A stretch of 61,648 bases of DNA, counting the filler, from Sphacelaria rigidula (lineage: Eukaryota), in assembly GCA_964200075.2 (NCBI GenBank). It is 6 parts of 6 records of this genome, joined end to end, with 100 filler letters (N's around TTAATTAATTAA, not from the genome) between each part and the next. Parts side by side here need not be neighbours in the genome. Positions count along the whole stretch, not along the records: positions 30,877 to 41,067 come from CAXNAA020006962.1; positions 41,168 to 51,358 come from CAXNAA020006963.1; 4 more parts are not named here. One strand, given 5' to 3'. The notes below the pieces were generated by a model, which made no database searches, had not been told where the DNA came from, and saw nothing but the letters and a program-made list of their open reading frames with translations. Positions 38,001-47,873 of the stretch are shown here, in pieces. The stretch's first letter is position 1. Each line of letters opens with the position of its first letter. A program made the translations under genes and the position numbers.

Positions 38001-40816
38001 GCAACACACACAGGGTCGCGACGGGATCATGACCTCGCCGGGCAGAATGAGAGAATTCAAGCCAGCAAAGCAAATGCAATCATGCCATCATTGATTCACC
38101 TGCAGGGTGTCCAAGTTTTCAGGGCGGCGTCTTCCACTGTTGTGGTGGACTGAACGTTCAATACGGAAAGTCGTGACGTCTCGCCGAGCGATCTGGTGGA
38201 CTCGATCTCCAGGTCGTATTCCCCGGCCGCAGAGCATCGGATTGCCACGTCGACCCTGGAAGAACACAGGGGTACCATAGCAGTACAGCAATACCATCCA
38301 TCACACAGGGAGAGGCGGTGTGTGTGTACGTGTGGACTTTCAAATTGTCACGCTTTTGTACTTTAGATATGCCATGTCCCCAGCTGATGTGCAATTATCT
38401 CACCATCCTAGGAGCAAACTCATATGAGCGAGTCCATAGAGTAATGCAATCATTAGTGCCGAGAAAGCATCGAGGCCGACCTAACCCCAACAGAATTTAA
38501 AAACGAGATTCAAGCTCACACGTGAGATCCATGTCAACCATCCCACCAACAGCACCAACACCTGCTTCCACTGCAAGGCGTTCAGTTTTGGCTTCTGAGC
38601 GATCCGTCCTCAAGTACAAAGACAGGAAGAGCTTAAATTAAAGTCCATATACTCGCCATACACACAGAAGTATCCTCCTCGCAATGATGCCAGCTTCATG
38701 ATAACACCCACGACATTACTACTACCGTGAGTAGCGCACGCGGCCGCTCAATACGGTTGGCACTTCACCTTGAAGCGGCCGTGAAAAACAGCTTGGCTTC
38801 CTCTCGCGGAACCTCGGCCAGATACACCCCGTCCTTGGCTAGCACCGCCATCTCACAGTTTCCGTCGGGGTCCAAGATGCTGATGGCGTGGCTGTTGCCG
38901 TGACCCGCGAAGGCCATTCGGAAGCGCACCCAGCTGCCGCTGGTCAGCTCGATGGAGGGAACCACTTCACCGTTTACCAGGTAGTGTCTGCTTTCACGGG
39001 GCCGAGAAAAACACAAAGCACAGGTCAGCAGGTTTGAGGTTTTGGAGCACCCGCGTGGAAAACAATCTTCGTCGGCACGAGGAAAACCGAACAACGCAGC
39101 AGTAGTAGACGAGTGAGACGAATAGGGTCCGATACCTTCATCTTCGTAGACGAAGACTGAATTCATCATGTACAACACTTCAACCGGCCATGTACGCGCT
39201 TTCATGGTGACGACAGGTGCAAGGCTTGGAGCTCACCTTGCTCTGGCTGTGGTTTGGTATAGTGTGTCGAGACTAGCCTCGCTGGCTGCCACTGACTCTG
39301 CCGGCGAAAACTCCTGAGGATTACCACATCAGCATCGACCGTGAAACGAAGTCAATATTCGAAGAGTACTGTACGGTCTCATGCACAGCGTTATGAGGCA
39401 ATATACTACATGCTACCCAACAACACCGCGCAGGTCGACACACACACACCTACGTAGTACCTACTAGGCGAGATTTCATTACTTTACAAGTATACCCGCC
39501 GTAATGAAAATATTCCATAAGGTACACGCAGAAAGTTTTTATGCGTGTGACACCAAATTACGCACAAGACTGTACTGACCAGCAGAAACTACAGTTGAGG
39601 CAACTCGGAATCGGCAGATGAGATGGAGGAAAGTTATCAGCGCATCAACATCACCATGTTTCAAGCACAGAGAAAAGCTCGAAACAAAGCAGTCGCTGAT
39701 ATCCAAGTGCAGAATCGGTTCAACCCGGGGGAGAGAACAAGGCCGAATCATCATACTCTTACCTGAATAGCAAGGATCTGCTCCGGCATGTCACTGATCT
39801 GGTCTGGGATTCCGTGCACGTCTGGTCGATCCTCGAGGATCAAAACACCCATCGCCCCGCCGCCACTCTGAACAGAAGTCGAGCCATGGTGGTGAGGGTG
39901 GTACCAGAATGTGCCTCCAGCGTGGTCGCACGGAATGACGTACGTGTCTGCACCACACCACAATCAAAGTGACAGCAGCAAAAATCAAGCCAAGCCAAGC
40001 CAAGTCAAGATGGTGACGGTAATCAAGAGGTACGGGTGAAATTCACAATTGTAGCTCAGCATCGGAGCTAAAACGTGTCGCAGGGGGCTGTTTTCGAAGA
40101 CCCTGCATCTGGTTGTTGATGTGCCGCGTCTCGGCGAAGCCAAATGTGTCACAAGCACTAGAGCATCTGTGGTAGCGCTTCACTGGATTCTACTGAGCCG
40201 GCAAATCACAGCGTAAAGGGCCATGGAGATCATGTCCTCAGCCATCTACGGGTCGCAGACAGCCCAGGAGGAGGCACAAAACTGCACTCGGCGGTGGGGC
40301 GAAAAAACATCTAATGTAGCTCACGCCCAACTTGAGAGCACAGGTGGGGGAGGATACCAAAACGTGGTATCGGAGACCCACCCGCAAGCTCATGTCGCCA
40401 GCAGTCCAGCATTCACTTGCAGCATAGCTACGACAGTGTGACGCCGGACGAAATCGTCAACCTACTGTAATGCATCGATTATCTTGTACTGGTAACATAA
40501 TCTCTTTTCACACGGAAAAACGGTGACTGGCCAGCGAACATAAAGTGAAAACGTCGGGATCACACAAATATCGCAAGAACACGGTGACCACCCCTAACAA
40601 CTCACATGTGTGGTTCTCTCCCGGGTTGACTTGGGTCATCATGACGTCGTCCGACGGACTTTCTCCGGATAGGTGCAGTCCATGGGTGTGTATGTTGGTC
40701 GTGTTCGGGTCCTTCATCGTGTTCCACTCCCCACTGGGGTTGGGAAATTCCAAAGCGTTGGTGAGTGTGAGATTGTATGTCTGGCAGGCCTCCATACGGA
40801 TCGTCGGCCCAGGGAT
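35066..40816 (-). CDS. Three-domain multicopper oxidase with C-terminal transmembrane anchor (5' exon(s) missing at contig end)
   Basis: Nine GT-AG exons: 40606-40816, 39763-39947, 39237-39313, 38769-38987, 38100-38255, 37628-37691, 36663-36873, 36003-36168, 35066-35447. They total 1671 nt (557 codons) in phase. All four copper-binding motifs are present: NIHTHG, FWYHPH, HPFHMH, HCHVNSH. They are followed by a Ser/Thr/Pro linker and a TM helix (WWVAAVAGAGVGLGVLAFGALLFV-NLGKRKR). Confidence 0.93.
37369..37510. repeat. Two-copy ~72-bp tandem duplication in an MCO intron
   Basis: acacggcccgatggtaac...ctacatacaa occurs twice. Confidence 0.8.
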
Positions 40817-40996
40817 CTGCCGGCGCCGGAGTTCGTCCAAGGAGAGGGTTATTCATGTCGGGTGATGATCTATCCACGTGTGCACAAGCCGTCCCTCTTC
40901 CTCTGGGTTAGGTCGATCATGCGTCAGATGTCAGGTCAAACTCTTCTAAAATATTAGGAAGTGCGCGCGCGCGCGCGCGTGTGTGTGTGTGTGGGG

Positions 40997-41067
40997 GGGG
41001 GCGTACTCATTTGTTGCTTGCCTTAGTCGTTTGACCATTGACCACGCATCCCTTTCGAGACGGAGCA
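40997..41067 (+). repeat. Short dispersed repeat (~71 bp)
   Basis: Nearly identical (1 difference seen) to the reverse complement of 52702-52772; diverged copy at ~20404-20480. Confidence 0.8.
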
Positions 41068-41167
41068 NNNNNNNNNNNNNNNNNNNNNNNNNNNNNNNNN
41101 NNNNNNNNNNNTTAATTAATTAANNNNNNNNNNNNNNNNNNNNNNNNNNNNNNNNNNNNNNNNNNNN
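41068..41167. other. Artificial contig linker
   Basis: 44N-TTAATTAATTAA-44N. Confidence 0.98.
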
Positions 41168-41459
41168 AGATATAACTTTTTAGCAGAGGGCAGGGTGTCC
41201 CCTCCTGTTTTGCTTACAAAAAGGGTACTCTCACAGGCTCTCATTTTCGGCGCGGTAGTTCAGCACAGTAACACTTGTGAAAGTGAAGACAAATGGTCGG
41301 GTATGCTGCCCAGGGATCTTGGGCGTGGGGCTTGGGCGCTGGAACGTGTTTTCGAGGTGTTCAGCCAGTGTGCAGCGCCGCGCCCCAAAGCTAGAAATGC
41401 GCTACCCTTTTTTGCTCCAAAAGCACCAGGGTGTACCCCCTTTTTGTATATTGCCCAAT

Positions 41460-42677
41460 ATTCTGCTATAGAATCGTTAAATTTGATTGGAATATAACAA
41501 CCGATGGCCTGAAAGAACTGCATGGATAAAAGTGTCACGCTGGAGAAAAAAAGCGAAAACAGAATATTTTCGTGATGGCTTATACCTCAATACCCATGGT
41601 CTTGGACGTTACCCTTGGGCTGGCTCGGGGTAAAAGTCTGAATGAATATGTTACTGTAGAATCGTCACCTATTATTGGAATATTACAACCGATGACTTGA
41701 AATAATTGTATGGATACGGGTGTCACGCAAGAGAAAATAAAACGAAAAAAATATATTTTCGTGATGAGTTATGCCTTAGTACCCATGACTTTGGATGTTA
41801 CCCTTGGGCTGGCTCGGGTAAAAGTTTGAACGAAACCTTTACTGTACAATCATCAAATGTGATTGGAATATGATATATCAACCGATGGCTTGAAAGAACC
41901 ATATGGATAAGGGTGTTACGCCGGAGAAAAAACCCCGAAAAAATAATGTTTTCGTGATGGGTTATTCCTTAATATCCATGAGCTTGGACGTTACCCTTGG
42001 GCTGGCTCGGGGTAGGAGTCTGGACGAATATTTTACTGTAGAATCGTCAACTGTGAATGGAATACAACAACGGATATCTTGGAAGAATCGCATGCATAAG
42101 GGTGCCACGCAGGCTGAAAACAAACGAAAACAAAATATTTTCGTGATGAGGTATGCCTTAATATTCATGATTTTGGATGTTACCCTTGAGCTGGCTCGGG
42201 GTAAACGTTTGAACGAATATTTTACTATAGAATCATTAGATTTGATTGTCATATATCAACCGATGGCTGGAAAGAACCGTATGGATAAAGATGTCACGCT
42301 GGAGAAAAAAGAAGAGAGCATAATATTTTCGTAATGAGTCATATCTTAATACCCATGATTTTGGACGTTCCCCTTGGGCTGGCTCGGGGTAAGGTCTGAA
42401 TGAGTATGTTACTGTAGAATCGTCAACTGTGAATGGAATACAACAGCCGATGGCTTGGAAGAATCGTAGGCATAAGGGTTCCACGCAGGAGGAAAACAAA
42501 CGAAAACAAAATATTTTCGTGATGAGGTATGCCTTTATATCCATGATTTTGGATGTTACCCTTGGGCTGGCTCGGAGTAAACGTTTGATCGAATATTGTA
42601 CTATAGAATCGTTGATTATGATTGAAATATAACAACCGATGGCTTGAAAGAACCATATGGATAAGGGTGTCACGCAG
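41460..42677. repeat. ~188-bp tandem satellite, about 6.5 units
   Basis: Recurring ttggacgttacccttgggctggctcggggtaa and ttttcgtgatg blocks; unit anchors near 41471, 41659, 41848, 42041, 42230, 42417, 42606. Confidence 0.9.
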
Positions 42678-43088
42678 GAGGCTGTCGAACAATACTGCCG
42701 TGGTGCAACGCGCTTGCAAAACCCGAGCAGTTTCTTCAAATTTAGAACCCGCATCAGCTGTAGTTTGAATATCCCTCCTGACGGTCCCAACCGGGGTCTA
42801 ATCCAGGGGCGGAAAGCGATGGCACCCTCCCCCTCAGATAGGATTTGTAACCACTGTGGGGGTATTTGGGGCACATTCCGGACCCCCCTGGGATCTAATC
42901 CTGACCCTGAGGTTGTCACAAATCCTATCCGAGGGAGAGGGTGCCAGCACTTTCCGTCGCTGGATCAGACCCCGTTTGGGACCGTCAGGAGGGATATTCA
43001 AACTAAAGCTGATGCGGGTTCTAAATTAAAAGAAACTGCTCGGATTTTGCAAGCGCTTTGCACGACAGTAGTACTGTTCGACAGCCTC
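42678..43088. mobile_element. 411-bp fold-back MITE (GAGGCTGTCGAAC...GTTCGACAGCCTC)
   Basis: ~175-bp imperfect inverted arms around a short spacer. Confidence 0.88.
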
Positions 43089-43674
43089 ACCGCGAAACCG
43101 GTTTTCAACACACAGCCACGGCGGGAGTGTAAAACAAGTGTGATAGCTGGTTTAGACTGGATGAAGCGCCTCGCATGGGCACTACTGGCGAAACAACCCC
43201 AAGCGTGGGACTAACCCTTACCCCCGTTGTGTGTGTCTGCAGCTTTATTGTGGGGGATACATTTTATCCAACTGACGGCTGTACTGCAGTGATGCTGTAC
43301 TCTGGTGATGGTATATCTCAGCAGACCGCTGAATGATGCCGCGTTTCAAAGATCGCTGGCGTCTATCGCCGCATTGGATCGTTTCACTAACGGCGGTCGT
43401 CGCCGGCGCAACAGTATGAAGTCCCCCTCAGATACATAACAAGAGGAGCTCGAAAACTCGATGACTAGTCCAAAGAAGTACGTAATAGAGATCGGTATGG
43501 ACAGAACTCCACACACCTTCCTTGATAGATCAATGCACTGCAAGCTTGGTAAGATGCACAAGGTAATATATGTCCGAGTAGAACAAGCTGCAGATATGTG
43601 TTTCACACACAGATTCATGCGACTGTTAGTTAACAGTAGCAAACAGACAAAAGGAGCTCGAAGGCTTGATGTCT

Positions 43675-44019
43675 TGTAACTCGCACTTATTATTCCCTTG
43701 CTCGCCTAGCACACTGTTCTCACCAAAGATAAACAGTAGAAGCAGATGTCCGGCTCGAAGGGCAGCTCAAGAGTGGGCGAGTGTGCATGGAACGCGACCT
43801 ATCCGACCTCGGCCCAAGAAGGCGTTTCGCCTCCTCGGGACTGGGGCATATCAACCTGCACACTAACCTTCCCCAGCTAGGGTACACCAGTCTGTACACC
43901 AACCTTCCCCAGAACTATGGGAGCATTCCCATGGATGGATCGAGTGATATGTGAGCCAACCTGCCCCAAAGTTGTCTGTGGGAACAAATAACGCCTCTCC
44001 ATCTTCCTTCCTCGTGACA
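43675..44019 (-). repeat. Putative 3' LTR (345 bp) of the Ty3/Gypsy element
   Basis: Minus strand reads purine-rich PPT-like gggcgggtgag, then TGTCAC...GTTACA with short terminal inverted repeats. Confidence 0.6.
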
Positions 44020-47000
44020 CTCACCCGCCCGGACGAACCTCTATTTGAGTTGCGATGAAATCTCAAGAGCAACTAAAATTGAGGCTTGTCTTACCCATCA
44101 AGTCATGAGGAGACAACGCGAAAACAAAACATGAGGGCAATGACCAGCCCGGTGCCCGATCCTCCCACACCTCAACAAGAAAACCCAAAGGTGCCTCAAA
44201 AAGCGCAATTACGCAAGTGCGGTTGACTGCGCAGTAGCACACAATGCTGCTGCGAGCTAGGGAACAGACGGAAAAAGCACGCAATGCTTTGAATCGCTAG
44301 CTAGATAAAAAGTGAAGGAAAACCTCGCAAAGGACACAGTGGCAATCTCAAGCAGAAAAACAAAAACTCAAGGACCCGAATAGGGTCAAGTGCCAGCCCG
44401 ACAAAGTGGCGGCAGCGTAGAGGCCGATGGAAGGGGACGAAGGGGGTCCAGATGCAGTCGTCGAAGGGGCTGATGAGGGTAGAGACGAGCCGCGATAGGA
44501 GAGCCATCGTAGGTAAAGCAGTGAAGAGGAGAGCGTACCTGAGTGGGAACAAGGGAAGTACCAGAACCAAACTGGCAGGGGAGATAAAAATCGCGATGAA
44601 GGGAGTGCGAAGAGATAGAACTCAAGATGGTGCATTGATGTCGTGTGTACGATCGATATAGCGCTGAAGACCTCGACGTGGGCCGTGTGACTTGAAGCGT
44701 TGCAGGCATCAGGAGCCGCGGGGTGCGGAGGGGCTGATCGTGTAAAACTCGGGGCGAAGCTTGAGCTGAACGGGCCCAGGGTCGTCGAGGAAACGCACGA
44801 TGTACGTGTTGGCCGCGGGGGCATTGACGGAGTGGGTCTGACCTAGCCACCAGAGGTAATCGCTGCCCTTATACCACAAGTAGGCACCTTTAAGGAGCGG
44901 TTGTTGTTTTGCGCGAATCTTTTTGTCCCATTGTTTGGTGGGTACGAGTTCGTAACCATCGGCTACAAAACGTAGTCCTTTGTCGCGGTGGAGTTCGCGG
45001 GCTACGGCCCCGCGTCTCATGTTGCGATATTCCCTGTTGTCAGCGAGCTGTTGCTGTGGAGATTGTGTTCAATAGAGAAGGATAGCACGGCGGTGCAGTT
45101 GAAGGTCAGACTCGCGTTCCCAAGACGCACGCCCAAGACCTTGCCAGTGTGTCTTGTACATAACGACAATTTTGCCGCCAGGGCCTCGAGTGACTTGGTG
45201 GCCGGAAATGTGGGACACGGCCAAGCGGAGACGTTGTTCAGTCACGTCATCGGTGGTAACGTGGTACGGTGGAGATTTTGTTGAGTAGCTGTTGAGCACG
45301 TATTGAGTGAAACCTGCAGGCAGGTATTGAGGCATTTCTGTAGTGTCATGCGGGTTCGTGCAAGGTTTGCAACGATGTACAGAGACGCAAGATTTAGCGT
45401 CGTGCCCCTGGAGGTCACGAAGTAAATCGAGGTAGAGGAGTTTGTCACCAACAGGCTTGCCGTCAGGAGACGTCGGCGAGGGTCCGACTATGAGAATCTT
45501 GAACGGGCCCATCCAATTGAGGGACAGTTTGGTCTTCAAGACTGTTTCCTGGGCAGTGCGGTCAGCGCGTTGACGGATGGTGGACAAACTGTTGTAGATC
45601 CAGACCCAATCGCCGATTTTTCGAATAGGGCGTTTGTGCATCAAGTTGTAGAGGGCGGTGTTGGATCTTTCAAGGCGTGAGGCGTTGATAACGTGTTGTT
45701 CGCGCACCAAAGTGAAAGCCTTGCGTTGACGAGCCCGGGCGAGGTCGTAGTAGGACAGCTGATCCTGGTCCAGACCTTAGTGACCACCGAAGGTATGTCT
45801 TTCGAAAACGGTGATGGGCAGACGAGGGTAGCGTCCAATATGTAGCTCGTTGGGCAAGGGGCCCAAAGCCGCGTTAACCGAATTGTTGTAAGGCAGCATG
45901 ACATGCGAAAGATGAAGGTCTCAGTCATTCTGGCGGTCGTTTACGACCATGGATACCATTTGAGCCATCGTGCGGTTCACACGTTCAGTTCCACCGTTAC
46001 CGTTAGGGTGGTAGGCGCTCGTGGCAATTCTGCGAATGCCGACGAGCTTGTACAAAGCATCCGAGAGTTCGGAGTAAAATTGTTGACCATTATCGGAGAG
46101 AAGCCGTTTCGGGCAGCCATAGTGCTTCTGTCCGCTGTGTCGGCAGCAGTGAAATCGCTAGCAGTAACAGCATACATAGCCGCGTGACGGCTGACGTGGT
46201 CTGTGAAACGTAGAATGTAGGTATTACCACGGTCAGTTGGGGGTGAAGGGCCGAAGTAGTCAAACGATACGAAGTGACCAGGAGCGTTTGGAAGCTCCAT
46301 GGAAATCACCGGCCATCGCACATTTTGTCGAGAGGTTTTGCGAGCCTGACATTTGAAACATCGTCGGACCCAAAAACCCGTGGATGCTTCCATGTCAATC
46401 CACCAATAAAGGCGTTCAAGGAGCGCTAACGTGCGTGTGACGCCTAGGTGGCAGGACAAATCAGAGTGACAGCCCTTCATGACCCACGGACGCATCATGA
46501 TAGGGACATAGATGCGGGTAGGGGCGTCATGACGCATATGTGCCGAATATGAGTGGAATCGGCGAACAAGCAAATGAACGTCGTCGTCAGTCGCGAAGAT
46601 AGTACCTTTGCGCACCAGCTCGAGCACGTCAGAGGCGGTGGGGGCGGGTAGAGTGCCCACGGGAGTCAGGATCTCAGCCGGGGAAGGGGTGGGGCAGTTA
46701 AGCCGTAAGTACCGCATTGTCGCACGACAGAGCGGTTCCTGTTGTTGGTCGCGAGCCCAATCGTGGTGAGAGTAGCTAGCGAGAAATTGTCGAAGTTGTC
46801 CTTCAGCCAGAGAGCCAACCAAACATGGTGGCTCAGGAGGGGATAACACAGGTGAAGAAGCAGGGGTGCCGACGTCAACATCTTGATCCGGGAGCGGATC
46901 TGACGCATGTGTATCGCGAGTCAGTGGCACAGGTGCTAGGAGATTCCCAGAAGGCGGCGTGGGGGTAGCGCGAACTGATGAACGCGATCGGCGCGTTGGG

Positions 47001-47625
47001 CGCACAAGAGGCGCGGGCGGTGTTGGTACAACACTGGGCACGCGGCCGGTTTATGGAGGCGTGGTACGGCCCGTGGGGCCACGAGGCGGCGGCGGCGACG
47101 CATTGCTAGAAGCGGCCGGCGGCGGTGGTGGCATCACAGCACGCGATGAATTTGCACGAGCTGCCGACCGAGAGCGCGTGTTGTCGGAGATGAGGTGAAC
47201 AGTTGGTGGTGGCGGCGCCGAGATGTTCGCGCGAGGGCCGGAAGTGCGGAAGGCGGTAAAATCAGCAGCTGTGGGCGCTAAGCCATCCAAAACTGTACCA
47301 GGGGGCAGAGGGCGGGGGCCCCCCATGTGCAGACCTGTTTCAGGGCATTGCAGGTCAAGCGCGTGGATGGGCATAGAAAAACGCCGAATGGGGTAGACGC
47401 CTGGTTCGTCAGGTTCAGTCAAGCGGCAAGCGGGACTGAAATCTACCGCTGTTGGGGGCAGAGGCAATCGCGAAAGAAGGTCAGCATTGCCGTTGGATTT
47501 GCCCGGACGGTGTTTAACAGTGTACTGGTAAGCAGTCAAGAACTCCAGCCATCGTTGTACGCGTGGGTTATGTTCCCCAACCTTAGCGAGTTGTTCAAGA
47601 GCTCCGTGATCGGTATAGATGTGGA

Positions 47626-47873
47626 GACTAATGTCGAGATAGCCCCCTCACAAAAAGTGCACCGGCACCATCCAACGAACCGGCTACGATCCCACGTTTG
47701 GGCTCGTTTGCAGCTATTTCACCCACATGAGAGGCGTGTAGCAGTCCGAAATCAGCTATCACGCCCAAATCAGTCGCGTCGTGCGGCACGAAACCAGCTT
47801 TAACGACAGTTATGATCATCGCCTCCGTGCACGTTTTTGGCCGGTTTGGGGGGGGGCTATCTCGGCAGCAGTC
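47626..47873. mobile_element. 248-bp MITE with 4-bp TSD (TGGA), inserted in the Gypsy RNase H
   Basis: TIRs gactaatgtcgagatagccccc / gggggctatctcggcagcagtc; TGGA at 47622-47625 and 47874-47877. Removing it restores LFYVPFHIYTDH. Confidence 0.9.

Noticed and set aside
41903-43214. ORFs of 143-227 aa
   Set aside because: They arise from reading through the satellite and the palindromic MITE; no protein-family features.
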